A stretch of DNA of 64,000 bases from Ignavibacteria bacterium RIFCSPLOWO2_12_FULL_56_21 (GCA_001802945.1 MHAK01000016.1:6803-70802); one strand, 5' to 3'. Positions 1 through 9,673 are shown, counted from the first letter of the stretch. The notes: generated by a model from the letters alone, not told the origin. Numbers and translations: made by a program.

Positions 1-474
1 ACGTCGAATCTCCGGCACATGGAGGTTTGGAACGGCGCGACGGCGAAGGAACCGCCGCCGAACGACATTTCCGTGTGGGACAGCGTTCTCTCCACCGGAA
101 GACTGATGTATGGGATCTCGTGCGATGATTCTCACAGGAGTGGTCATCAGGGGAAGGCGTGGATCATGGTATATGCTTCATCCAACCGGCAGTCGGACCT
201 CCTTGCGGCGATCCGCAATGGAGACTTCTACGCAACCAACGGCATCGTCATGGATTCCATCAGCACTTCCGCACAGCAAGTCTTTGTTAAGAGCTCGAAC
301 GGAGATCGCATCCGCTTCATCGGCGACGGGGGAAAGGATTTGCTGTCGCTTGAAGGAGGCGAAGGTTCATATGCGATCAAAGGAAATGAAGTGTATGTTC
401 GCGCGGAGGTCTCTAATGCGTCCGGACAGCGGGCATGGATACAACCCGTCATAGTGGAGCGCTCGGGTAAGTAA
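1..474 (+). CDS. C-terminal fragment of a PHP/CehA-McbA-like metallohydrolase (5' end outside window)
   Basis: Frame is open from base 1 to TAA at 472-474. The segment GISCDDSHRSGHQGKAWIMVYASS...LLAAIRNGDFYATNG resembles the C-terminal metal-site region of PHP-type phosphoesterases. Family recalled from memory only. Confidence 0.4.
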   Translation, partial: TSNLRHMEVWNGATAKEPPPNDISVWDSVLSTGRLMYGISCDDSHRSGHQGKAWIMVYASSNRQSDLLAAIRNGDFYATNGIVMDSISTSAQQVFVKSSNGDRIRFIGDGGKDLLSLEGGEGSYAIKGNEVYVRAEVSNASGQRAWIQPVIVERSGK

Positions 475-823
475 GCAATACTCAGTGCCCAGCCCCCGAC
501 GGAGTTTACCCGCCCCAGGCCAGCTCGGGGCTGAAGTTCGGAGTGCGGAGAAAGATGCAGGGCGTTCGGCTTGACCGCGCCTTTCTCATTATTGAGATGT
601 TTCCCGTTATTCAAGCGCGCCGGACCTTCTCCTCTTTTTCCGGCTGTTGCCAAGATCCATCCAACCCCGGGAGCATGGAAATCCTGGGGTTTTTCATTCC
701 CCGCCATTCCAAACCCTGAGAATGTCCCTCCCGATTTTCTCAAAACTTCCAACTCTTGCGAATGCCAACGGCCATAAGTCTCCTTCTGGTTTCGGATTCT
801 GCCTTTCACCACCCGCGCCCCAA

Positions 824-839
824 TGGCACGCCGATTGTG
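824..839 (+). promoter_or_regulatory. candidate sigma-54 (-24/-12) promoter
   Basis: TGGCACGCCGATTGTG has the GG with correct 12-nt spacing to the -12 position, but -12 reads GT instead of GC. It lies 72 nt upstream of the ATG at 911, inside a 430-nt non-coding stretch. Confidence 0.4.
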
Positions 840-910
840 CCTCGTTCTGCGTGTTTCCGGGCAGTGTATGCCCGGACGTCACGTAGAATCCACTATCGGA
901 GGAGTACATC

Positions 911-1147
911 ATGTCCGACGACTATTTGACCACGGGCATTCCCGGACTTGTCGGTTCAGTCAAGCTGAAAGAAGCTGTGCGAGTGTATGAGAGGGCTTTG
1001 ATACTGGAATCGCTCAGGGCCAACAACAACGACAAACGGGCCGTCGCGAAACTTTTGGGGATCAGCATTTCATCGCTTTACCGCAAGCTCGCAGAGCTGT
1101 CGATCGAAGACCACAACGAAACGGTCTCCGAGTCCGCGAGATTGTAA
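911..1147 (+). CDS. stand-alone Fis-family HTH (HTH_8) DNA-binding protein
   Basis: 78 aa. LRANNNDKRAVAKLLGISISSLYRKLAEL is a typical Fis/NtrC C-terminal helix-turn-helix. SD GGAGGAG lies 7 nt upstream of the ATG. Confidence 0.7.
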   Translation: MSDDYLTTGIPGLVGSVKLKEAVRVYERALILESLRANNNDKRAVAKLLGISISSLYRKLAELSIEDHNETVSESARL

Positions 1148-1184
1148 CCGTTCTCGCTTCGGGCGACACTGATTCGCAAGCCGA

Positions 1185-1601
1185 TTGACACAGCCACACG
1201 ACATACGAATTCCGGTCTCATCGGACAAGCAATCGCGCGGGACCAAGCGCGTCCTTATTTTTAGTCCGGACGCCGATCTTGCACGAACACTTGTGCTCAT
1301 CCTAGAGGAGCGATTCCAGATCACCAGGGAGACCTCGGTTTCGGCGCTGGAAACGACGCTCGGACGAGAACGTCCGGACCTGGTACTCGTCGACCTGTTC
1401 ACATTTTCCGAGGATGTGCGCCGTGTGCTCGAGCTTTTGCGGCTGAAGGCGGCCGATGTCCCGCTCGTGATCTTGCGGGGATATCGGCCACTGCAAAAGG
1501 ATGTCAACGCCGACATCGAAACCATGGGGTCGATCGTATTCTACAAGCCCGTGGACGTGGACCTCGTGTCGCAGGCGATCGAGAACATTCTTCATCAATG
1601 A
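1185..1601 (+). CDS. stand-alone response-regulator receiver (CheY-like) domain protein
   Basis: 138 aa with a TTG start. Receiver landmarks are present: acidic SPDAD after beta1, DLVLVDL (candidate phospho-Asp), and VFYKP (conserved Lys-Pro). There is no output domain. Confidence 0.55.
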   Translation: MTQPHDIRIPVSSDKQSRGTKRVLIFSPDADLARTLVLILEERFQITRETSVSALETTLGRERPDLVLVDLFTFSEDVRRVLELLRLKAADVPLVILRGYRPLQKDVNADIETMGSIVFYKPVDVDLVSQAIENILHQ

Positions 1602-1718
1602 TCTGACGTCGCCAGGTTTCGTGCGAATGCACCACCCGAAGTGTGATGTCATGCTCTGCGTTCTCCGGTGCAGCGGGCGCTGCGTCAGGTTTCTGGAACG
1701 ATTGGAACGGAGAAACGA

Positions 1719-3026
1719 GTGAACTGGCTACCCCATTACATGGTTAAAGTGGTCAGCGCCGACGAAGCCGCAGCCGCGGTGAAGTCGGGCGACCGTATGT
1801 TTATTTCCGGCAATGCTGCAAGTCCGGTTTTGTTGACGCAAGCCCTTGCGCGCCGCGCGAGCGAACTCCGCGACGTCGAGGTGAATCACGTGCTACTGCT
1901 GGGAGACGACCCGCTGGCACGACCGGAATTTGCGAACTCCTTCCGCCATAACTCGTTGTTCGTTGGACCCGCCGACCGTGAGGCAATCGCCGACGGTCGC
2001 TCCGATTACGTTCCGGTACACCTCTCCGATATTCCCGGACTCTTCACGCAGCGTATTATACCCCTTGACGTTGCATTCATCCACGTGTCGCCGCCGGACG
2101 AGCACGGCTTCATGAGTTTCGGCGTCGAATGCGGAGCGTCGAAGGCAGCCGCAGAAAGCGCGAGGATCGTTGTCGCCCAGGTCAACGAGCGGATGCCCAG
2201 GACGCTTGGAGACGATTTTATCCACGTCTCGCGTGTGCACAAGATCGTCGAGTGCTCCGAGTCGCTGCAGACGCTGACGCCCCGGATCGCAAACGAAACA
2301 GAGATCAGGATTGCACGCAACATTGCACCCCTCGTCGAGGACGGCGCAACAATGCAGCTCGGCATCGGCGGTATTCCGGACGCCGTACTGAAGCTCCTGG
2401 ACGACCGCCAGCATCTGGGTATTCATACAGAAATGGTGTCAGACGGTGTCGTGGAGGCGATTGAAAAAGGGGTCGTGACGAACGCCCGCAAATCGCTGCA
2501 TCGAGGAAAGGTCATTGCCACGTTCGTCCTCGGGTCGAGCGAACTCTACGGCTACATCGACAACAATCCGCTGTTTGAACTTCATCCGTGCGACTATACG
2601 AACAACCCGTTCGTCATCGCGCAAAACGACAACATGGTCGCCATCAATTCGGCGATCCAGGTGGACTTAACCGGGCAGGTCTGCTCGGATTCCATCGGCC
2701 GACGTATCTACAGCGGGTTCGGCGGGCAGGTGGACTTTATCCGCGGGGCGTCGTATGCAAAAGGGGGCAAACCCGTCATCGCCCTTCAGTCGACGGCAAA
2801 GAAAGGGACCCTATCGCGCATCGTGCCGACGCTGACGGCCGGGGCGGGGGTCGTGACCAGCCGTGCGGACGTGCATTATGTGGCGACGGAATTCGGAGTC
2901 GCCTTCCTCCATGGGAAGAACCTGCGCCAGCGGGCCGAAGCTTTGCTGCAGATCGCACATCCCGATTTTCGGGAAGAACTGGAAAGAAGCCTTCGGGGCG
3001 ACATAAAGATGGCCGTTCTTTCCTGA
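1719..3026 (+). CDS. acetyl-CoA hydrolase/transferase family protein (4-hydroxybutyrate CoA-transferase-like)
   Basis: N-terminus NWLPHYMVKVVSADEAAAAVKSGDRMFISG, plus GIGGIPDAV and the C-terminal INSAIQVDLTGQV...GGQVDF segment, are typical of this family. GTG 1719 is preferred over the ORF-track start at 1668 (GGAG upstream; the family N-terminus aligns here). Confidence 0.85.
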   Translation: MNWLPHYMVKVVSADEAAAAVKSGDRMFISGNAASPVLLTQALARRASELRDVEVNHVLLLGDDPLARPEFANSFRHNSLFVGPADREAIADGRSDYVPVHLSDIPGLFTQRIIPLDVAFIHVSPPDEHGFMSFGVECGASKAAAESARIVVAQVNERMPRTLGDDFIHVSRVHKIVECSESLQTLTPRIANETEIRIARNIAPLVEDGATMQLGIGGIPDAVLKLLDDRQHLGIHTEMVSDGVVEAIEKGVVTNARKSLHRGKVIATFVLGSSELYGYIDNNPLFELHPCDYTNNPFVIAQNDNMVAINSAIQVDLTGQVCSDSIGRRIYSGFGGQVDFIRGASYAKGGKPVIALQSTAKKGTLSRIVPTLTAGAGVVTSRADVHYVATEFGVAFLHGKNLRQRAEALLQIAHPDFREELERSLRGDIKMAVLS

Positions 3027-3053
3027 TCAGTCACAGACGAAACGAGGTGCCCC

Positions 3054-3374
3054 ATGATACCTGCGTGGAAGGACATTCAGAATACCCTCTGTCGCAAGTG
3101 TATTGACGGCGATGGCAGCGGCAGATGCAGACTTCCGGTGGATGAAGAATGCGCGCTTCAAAGATCGTTTCTGCAGGTTGTCCAGACGATCCAGAGGGTG
3201 AATTCGTCGAACTTCGACGACTATGCACTCGCGCTCCGCAGGGACGTGTGCGCATCGTGCATGTATCAGGATGCGGCTGGGATGTGCCAGAGACGCGATC
3301 ATTTGGAATGCGCGCTCGACAGATACTTTCCACTCGTCATCGAGATCATTGAGAAGGAGCTGGAGACGACTTGA
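3054..3374 (+). CDS. cysteine-rich miniprotein with an internally duplicated C-x2-C-x8-C-x7-C module
   Basis: 106 aa with SD GAGGTG 6 nt upstream. Two copies of C-x2-C-x8-C-x7-C-A-L-x-R-x-F-x2-V-x3-I occur (C13/16/25/33 and C66/69/78/86). No family recognised. Confidence 0.55.
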   Translation: MIPAWKDIQNTLCRKCIDGDGSGRCRLPVDEECALQRSFLQVVQTIQRVNSSNFDDYALALRRDVCASCMYQDAAGMCQRRDHLECALDRYFPLVIEIIEKELETT

Positions 3375-3448
3375 GAAGTATCTTGCAATGAGCGCAAAGT
3401 CCGCATTGTAGTGGCCATGCTCCGCTCCATAACGCTCTTGAGACTGCC

Positions 3449-3712
3449 ATGGACTCAATCACCCGCATGGACCGCAGCATTGAGGCGGTCGTACACGACC
3501 TCGAGATAGCCCTGGCTCGCTCCGCCGAGATCGCCCGGGAGATCTCCACTCTTGACGCAGGACACCGCAGCAATCCTCACCTTCTCCGCACCAAAGAACT
3601 GCTTGCCGATCTCCGGGCGCGGCTGGATGGCATCGAGACATTTGTGCAGAATTGCCAGATGCGAGTGCACAGAGGCGACGAACCGCCCGAGGACATCGAC
3701 CTGTGGATGTGA
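3449..3712 (+). CDS. hypothetical helical/coiled-coil protein
   Basis: 87-aa ORF. Its TGA (3710-3712) overlaps the GTG 3709 start option of the next gene. The SD is weak and no family was recognised. Confidence 0.35.
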   Translation: MDSITRMDRSIEAVVHDLEIALARSAEIAREISTLDAGHRSNPHLLRTKELLADLRARLDGIETFVQNCQMRVHRGDEPPEDIDLWM

Positions 3713-4650
3713 ATGCCTCCGGTCTGCACACGGTCTTCGGACCGGTTCCGTCCCGGCGATTCGGACGTTCCCTGGGCGTCGACGTTATTCCCAAGAAACT
3801 GTGCTCGATGGATTGTGTCTACTGCGAGGTGGGGAGGACCACCATGCGCGACATCATCCGGAAGGAGTACATCCCGACTTCCTGGATACTTCGCGAGCTT
3901 GCCCTTCGACTTGCCCTCCGTCCGCCAATCGATTGCGTGACATTTTCCGGTTCGGGTGAACCGACGCTCCATGCCGGTCTTGGTCACATGATCTGCATGG
4001 TGAAGGGAATGACCGACGTTCCCGTCGTCGTGCTCACCAATGGATCGTTGTTGTGGAAAGAAGACGTTCGCCAGGACCTGCTGGCCGCCGACATCGTATC
4101 TCCGTCGCTCGATGCCGTCAGTGAAGACATTTTTCGCAGGGTCGACCGTCCTCATCCGCGATTGAGCGCCGTCCAGGTGATCGATGGAATGTGTAAGTTC
4201 CGGAAGGAGTTCAAGGGAACCTACCTGCTCGAGATGCTTTTCGTCAGCGGTATCAACGACGGCGATGAAGAAGTCCTGCGGCTCCGCGACGCGGCAAAGC
4301 GTATCGCTCCGGACAAGATCCAGGTCAATACCATTCTTCGTCCCCCCGCCGAATCATGGGCAAAACCCGTGGACCACGAGCGATTGCTGAAGATACGGGA
4401 CATGCTCGGTCCGATGGCGGAGATCATCGCGCCGACGTCGCTGAAAGCCGGCGTACCCAGCATGAACATGTCGCAAGACGACGTGCTTGCACTTCTCCGC
4501 AGGCGGGCAATGACCGTTGACGAGATCGCGGAAGCTGCGAACATCGATCGACAGGCAGCAGAGACCACTCTTGCCGTTCTTCGGGTGGCCGGGCTCGCAA
4601 CGCTGGTGGATTTCGGGGGCAGACAGTATTTCGATGCGACGCGAGACTGA
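3703..4650 (+). CDS. radical SAM protein with C-terminal winged-helix-like tail
   Basis: GPVPSRRFGRSLGVDVIPKKLCSMDCVYCEVG contains the CxxxCxxC radical SAM motif. The start is GTG 3703 or 3709, overlapping the upstream stop. The ORF-track start at 3652 would overlap the previous gene. Confidence 0.85.
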   Translation: MDVNASGLHTVFGPVPSRRFGRSLGVDVIPKKLCSMDCVYCEVGRTTMRDIIRKEYIPTSWILRELALRLALRPPIDCVTFSGSGEPTLHAGLGHMICMVKGMTDVPVVVLTNGSLLWKEDVRQDLLAADIVSPSLDAVSEDIFRRVDRPHPRLSAVQVIDGMCKFRKEFKGTYLLEMLFVSGINDGDEEVLRLRDAAKRIAPDKIQVNTILRPPAESWAKPVDHERLLKIRDMLGPMAEIIAPTSLKAGVPSMNMSQDDVLALLRRRAMTVDEIAEAANIDRQAAETTLAVLRVAGLATLVDFGGRQYFDATRD

Positions 4651-4840
4651 ATGACTTTCCCACATAGGCGTGGATTCAGCAATATTCTCAGCACAATCTT
4701 GATGATTCGCCGGCAGCATTTTTTGCTTCGCATCGGCTGAGGATCAGAAGCACAAGTCCGGAATTTCCAACTTCTGCGAAACCCCTCTGCTTTTCATCAT
4801 TTGACTGCCTTTTTCACTCGCTTTTGGCGGTTATCCCCGT

Positions 4841-4856
4841 TGGAACGCTATTTGCG
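4841..4856 (+). promoter_or_regulatory. candidate sigma-54 promoter upstream of PFOR
   Basis: TGGAACGCTATTTGCG has GG and GC at the exact 12-nt spacing, with one mismatch to TGGCAC-N5-TTGC. It lies 43 nt upstream of the ATG at 4899. Confidence 0.45.
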
Positions 4857-4898
4857 TGAAACCTGACTGATCTTTCACAATTACTCTCTGAGGAACAC

Positions 4899-7800
4899 AT
4901 GTCGACCTCCGATACAAAGCCGCAAGAATCAGCGGCACAGGTCACTATCGATGGAAATGAAGCTGCCGCCTACGTAGCGCACAAACTGAACGAAGTCATC
5001 GCCATTTATCCGATCACGCCCTCTTCCAACATGGGAGAATGGGCTGACGAATGGTCTGCACAGGGACGGAAGAACCTGTGGGGTACCGTTCCAACGGTCG
5101 TGGAAATGCAGAGTGAAGGCGGGGCCGCCGGAGCAGTCCACGGCGCGCTTCAGGCCGGGGCGCTCGCGACGACTTTCACGGCATCGCAGGGCCTGCTGCT
5201 GATGATCCCCAATATGTTCAAGATCGCGGGCGAATTGACTCCGACGGTCTTCCACATTGCCGCCCGCACGGTGGCTACTCACGCGCTCTCCATTTTCGGC
5301 GATCATTCGGACGTCATGTCCGCCCGGTCGACCGGTTGGGCCATGCTTGCATCCGCATCGGTCCAGGAGGTCATGGATTTTGCGTGCATCTCCCATTCCG
5401 CAACGTTGCAGGCGCGGCTGCCGTTCGTCCACTTTTTCGACGGCTTCCGCACGTCGCACGAGGTCATGAAGATCTCGCAACTGAGCGACGCAACGTTGCG
5501 AAGCATGATCGACGATACTCTGATCTTCGAGCATCGCCGACGCGCCCTCACGCCAGACCGCCCCGTTATGAGGGGCACGGCTCAGAATCCCGATGTATTC
5601 TTCCAATCGCGTGAGCGATGCAATCCGTTCTATGAAGGTTGTCCGTCGATCGTCGAAGCGACGATGAAGAAATTCGCACGGCTCACCGGCCGATCGTACG
5701 AATTGTTCGAATATGTCGGCGCGCCGGACGCGGATCGCGTTATCATCATGATGGGCTCCGGCGCCGAGACGGTACACGACACCGTCGCTTACCTAAACGC
5801 GCACGGCGAAAAGGTCGGATTGATCAAAGTGCGTCTCTACCGGCCTTTTTCGATGAAACATCTTTTGAAGGCCATTCCGCCGTCGGCCACAACGATCGCC
5901 GTGCTCGACCGATGCAAGGAACCCGGCGCCTCCGGCGACCCGCTGTATATGGACGTTGTAACCTCGTACGCCGAGGCGATTCGCACCGGCATCGCACCCG
6001 CCACATCGGTTCCTGCATTCGTTGGCGGCAGATATGGATTGTCGTCCAAAGAATTCACGCCCGCCATGGTCAAGGGAGTGTTCGAAGAACTCCGCAAAAA
6101 GACGCCGAAGAATCATTTCACGATCGGCATCACCGACGACGTAACTCACACCTCGCTTCCGTACGATCCCGCATTTTCCGTCGAACCGGCTGACGTTGTT
6201 CGGGCAGTGTTTTACGGACTGGGCGCGGACGGCACCGTCGGCGCGAACAAGAATTCCATCAAGATCATCGGCGAAGAGACGCCGTATTTCGCCCAGGGCT
6301 ATTTTGTCTACGACTCGAAAAAGTCGGGATCGACGACGACGTCGCACTTGCGATTCGGGCCGCGCCAGCTCCATGCGCCGTATCTCATCGAAAAGGCCAA
6401 CTTTGTTGCGTGCCATCAGTGGTTCTTCCTGGAGCGGTTCGACGTTCTGGAGACGGCCATGCCGGGTAGCACGTTCCTGTTGAACAGTATGCACGGCAAG
6501 GAGCAGGTGTGGGAGCATCTTCCTCGCCAGATTCAGCAACAGTTGATCGAGAAGAATATGAAGTTCTATGTCATCGACGCAATCAAGGTGGCAACCGAAG
6601 CGGGGATGGGAGGACGGATCAACACCATCATGCAGACCTGCTTCTTTGCGATCTCAGGAGTGCTTCCGAAGGATGAAGCGATCGCGGCCATCAAGACGTC
6701 GATCAAAAAGACGTACGGCAAGAAGGGCGAACATGTGGTCCAGAAGAATTTCGAGGCGGTCGACAAGACGCTTGCGAATCTCTTTGAGGTGAAGATACCT
6801 GCTCGCGTATCGAACGCAGTGGAACTGCCGCCCGCCGTGTCGGCGCAGGCGCCCGAATTCATCCGCACGTTTACCGGCACCATCATTGCAGGCAAAGGAG
6901 ACACGCTCCCCGTGAGCGCGATGCCGGAAGACGGCACGTATCCGGTGGGCTCGGCCATGTGGGAGAAACGGAACATCGCCCTCGAGATACCCGTGTGGGA
7001 GTCCGAACTCTGCATCCAATGCAACAAATGCGCGCTGGTGTGTCCTCACGCCTCCATTCGGATCAAGGTCTACGACGGCGCCGCGCTCGCAAACGCCCCG
7101 CAGACATTCAAATCGATGGAGTACAAGGGGACAGAGTACAAGGGCATGAAGTATACTGTCCAGGTCGCTCCCGAGGATTGCACGGGATGCGGATTGTGCG
7201 TGGAAGTTTGCCCGGCGAAGAGCAAGAAGGAATCGAAGATCAAGGCCATTAACATGCATCCGCAGGAATTGCTCCGCCTGCCGGAGCGCGTCAACTACGA
7301 CTTCTTCCTCAACCTCCCGGAAGCAGACAGGCGCACCGTGCGCACCGACACCGTGAAGGGGACGCAATTCTTTCAGCCGCTGTTCGAATATTCAGGGGCC
7401 TGCTCCGGCTGCGGCGAAACGCCGTACGTAAAACTGGCAACACAGCTTTTCGGAGACAGGATGCTCGTGGCAAATGCCACCGGCTGCTCGTCCATTTACG
7501 GCGGCAATTTGCCGACGACCCCATGGACGAAGAACGGCGAAGGACGCGGGCCCGCATGGTCCAATTCGCTGTTCGAAGACAACGCGGAGTTTGGGTTGGG
7601 CATGCGGCTTACGGTGGATAAGAACACAGAGATGGCTCAGGAATTGCTGACCCTTTTCACTTCTGAACTAGGCGATTCGTTCGTTCGCGAGATTCTCGAG
7701 GCGGACCAAAGCGATGAAGCGGGCATCTACGAACAACGTGTCCGCGTTGCAGACTTGAAGAAGCTTCTGAAAAAGAGCGCCACACCGGAAGCGGAACGTC

Positions 7801-8510
7801 TGCTCAGTCTGGCCGACTATCTGGTGAAGAAAAGTGTATGGATCATGGGAGGAGACGGTTGGGCCTACGACATTGGGTTTGGCGGGTTGGACCATGTCCT
7901 TGCTTCCGGCAGAAACGTGAATGTGCTGGTCCTGGACACGGAGGTCTATTCGAATACCGGCGGACAAATGTCAAAGGCAACGCCGCGTTCAGCGGTGGCA
8001 AAGTTTGCCGCATCCGGCAAGCCGACAAGGAAGAAAGACCTCGGCCTGATCGCAATGTCCTACGGCGACGTATATGTGGCACGGGTTGCGATGGGTGCGA
8101 ACGATGCACAAACCATCCGGGCCTTCCTCGAAGCGGAAGCCCACAACGGACCGTCGATCATCATTGCATACGCCCACTGCATCGCTCACGGCATCGACAT
8201 GGCGCTTGGCATGACAAACCAAAAGATCGCCGTCGAGACCGGCTACTGGCCGCTATTCCGCTACAATCCTCGGCTCGAAGCAGAAGGCAAGAATCCGTTC
8301 AAGCTCGATTCCAAACCGCCGAGTAAACAGCTCCGGGAGTTTACCCAGCTCGAAACGCGGTTCAGGATGCTCGAGAAGAGCCATCCGGAACGGGCGAAAG
8401 AACTGGCCTTGCTCGCGCAGGAAGACGTCGATGAACGATGGAAGCTGTACGAGCAGTATGCAAAAGGAACAAACGGAAAACCAACGCCTGCCGCAGAGCA
8501 CGCAGTGTAA
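4899..8510 (+). CDS. nifJ: pyruvate:ferredoxin (flavodoxin) oxidoreductase, single-polypeptide type
   Basis: 1203 aa. N-terminus DGNEAAAYVAHKLNEVIAIYPITPSS. Two ferredoxin motifs CIQCNKCALVCPH and CTGCGLCVEVCP. TPP region GGDGWAYDIGFGGLDHV. Confidence 0.97.
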   Translation: MSTSDTKPQESAAQVTIDGNEAAAYVAHKLNEVIAIYPITPSSNMGEWADEWSAQGRKNLWGTVPTVVEMQSEGGAAGAVHGALQAGALATTFTASQGLLLMIPNMFKIAGELTPTVFHIAARTVATHALSIFGDHSDVMSARSTGWAMLASASVQEVMDFACISHSATLQARLPFVHFFDGFRTSHEVMKISQLSDATLRSMIDDTLIFEHRRRALTPDRPVMRGTAQNPDVFFQSRERCNPFYEGCPSIVEATMKKFARLTGRSYELFEYVGAPDADRVIIMMGSGAETVHDTVAYLNAHGEKVGLIKVRLYRPFSMKHLLKAIPPSATTIAVLDRCKEPGASGDPLYMDVVTSYAEAIRTGIAPATSVPAFVGGRYGLSSKEFTPAMVKGVFEELRKKTPKNHFTIGITDDVTHTSLPYDPAFSVEPADVVRAVFYGLGADGTVGANKNSIKIIGEETPYFAQGYFVYDSKKSGSTTTSHLRFGPRQLHAPYLIEKANFVACHQWFFLERFDVLETAMPGSTFLLNSMHGKEQVWEHLPRQIQQQLIEKNMKFYVIDAIKVATEAGMGGRINTIMQTCFFAISGVLPKDEAIAAIKTSIKKTYGKKGEHVVQKNFEAVDKTLANLFEVKIPARVSNAVELPPAVSAQAPEFIRTFTGTIIAGKGDTLPVSAMPEDGTYPVGSAMWEKRNIALEIPVWESELCIQCNKCALVCPHASIRIKVYDGAALANAPQTFKSMEYKGTEYKGMKYTVQVAPEDCTGCGLCVEVCPAKSKKESKIKAINMHPQELLRLPERVNYDFFLNLPEADRRTVRTDTVKGTQFFQPLFEYSGACSGCGETPYVKLATQLFGDRMLVANATGCSSIYGGNLPTTPWTKNGEGRGPAWSNSLFEDNAEFGLGMRLTVDKNTEMAQELLTLFTSELGDSFVREILEADQSDEAGIYEQRVRVADLKKLLKKSATPEAERLLSLADYLVKKSVWIMGGDGWAYDIGFGGLDHVLASGRNVNVLVLDTEVYSNTGGQMSKATPRSAVAKFAASGKPTRKKDLGLIAMSYGDVYVARVAMGANDAQTIRAFLEAEAHNGPSIIIAYAHCIAHGIDMALGMTNQKIAVETGYWPLFRYNPRLEAEGKNPFKLDSKPPSKQLREFTQLETRFRMLEKSHPERAKELALLAQEDVDERWKLYEQYAKGTNGKPTPAAEHAV

Positions 8511-8653
8511 GCAGTGAAACGACGTGTCCTTCGGGTCGGGTTTCCGATCAACCGGACCCGGCCGGAAAGATCATTCTGCAAAGTACGAGCACCGAACAAT
8601 GAAGAACGAACGCAGAAGTTGGTAGATCTGCCATTTATGACAATTTGACCACC

Positions 8654-9652
8654 ATGGACCTAACCACGTACTATCTTGGCAAACGACTCAAGAATCCCAT
8701 TGTCCCTTCGGCGAGTCCGTTGTCCCGCAACATCGACATGATGCGCAGAATGGAGGATGCGGGGGCTGCCGCGATCGTCATGTATTCGCTGTTTGAGGAA
8801 CAGATCGAGCATGAATCGTTCGAGATCGACCACTATCTCTCGTACGGAACGCAGAGCTACGCCGAGGCGCTGACGTATTTCCCGGAGGCGGCCGATTACA
8901 ATCTTGAGCCTGACCAGTATCTCGAACTTCTTCGGAAAGCAGCCCAGTCGCTCGATATCCCGGTGATCGCAAGCCTGAATGGAGTCTCCAAGGGGGGATG
9001 GATCAAGTATGCGAAGCACCTGGAGGAAGCCGGGGCGGATGCAATTGAGTTGAATGTCTACTACATCCCCACCGATCCCGTGTTGGCGGGCGACGACGTT
9101 GAAACGCGGTATCTCGACATTCTCCACGCCGTCAAAAGTACCGTCGCCATTCCGGTTGCCGTCAAGTTGAGTCCGTATTTCACCGCCATGGCAAACATGG
9201 CGCAGCGGCTTGTGAATGCCGGCGCCGACGGATTGACGCTGTTCAACCGTTTCTATCAGCCGGACATCGACATCAACGAGATGGAGGTCGTTCCCAGCAT
9301 TCATCTCAGCGATTCGTCGGCGAACCGGCTTGCGATGAGATGGATCGCCATTCTGCACGGGAAAATCAAAGCGAGCCTCGCGGCGACCGGCGGAATCCAT
9401 TCGTCGGATGACGTCGTCAAGCTGTTGATGGCAGGGGCAGATGTGACCATGATGGCATCGGCGCTTCTTAAGAAGGGTCCAGAACATATTGCCGATGTTT
9501 TGCGCGACCTGGAGAAATGGATGTTCGACCACGAGTATACGTCCGTCGAGCAAATGAAGGGAAGCGTGAGCCATCGCTCGGTGCGAGATCCTTCGGCGTT
9601 CGAGCGGGCGAACTACATGAAAGCGCTGAACAAGTACAAGTTGCTCGTGTAG
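8654..9652 (+). CDS. dihydroorotate dehydrogenase-like (class 1 DHOD fold) protein
   Basis: 332 aa. LKNPIVPSASPLS, IPVIASLNG, VAVKLSPY, TLFNRFYQPDID and ATGGIHSSDDVVK resemble the DHOD/DHPD TIM-barrel family. ATG 8654 is preferred to TTG 8645. Confidence 0.8.
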   Translation: MDLTTYYLGKRLKNPIVPSASPLSRNIDMMRRMEDAGAAAIVMYSLFEEQIEHESFEIDHYLSYGTQSYAEALTYFPEAADYNLEPDQYLELLRKAAQSLDIPVIASLNGVSKGGWIKYAKHLEEAGADAIELNVYYIPTDPVLAGDDVETRYLDILHAVKSTVAIPVAVKLSPYFTAMANMAQRLVNAGADGLTLFNRFYQPDIDINEMEVVPSIHLSDSSANRLAMRWIAILHGKIKASLAATGGIHSSDDVVKLLMAGADVTMMASALLKKGPEHIADVLRDLEKWMFDHEYTSVEQMKGSVSHRSVRDPSAFERANYMKALNKYKLLV

Positions 9653-9673
9653 AGCGTTGGTAAAGGATGTTAT

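Noticed and set aside
228-812. 194-aa minus-strand ORF spanning the 475-910 non-coding region.
   Set aside because: It overlaps the PHP-like gene antisense. It has no SD or recognisable domain, and its composition resembles the other shadow ORFs. I treat the region as non-coding regulatory DNA.
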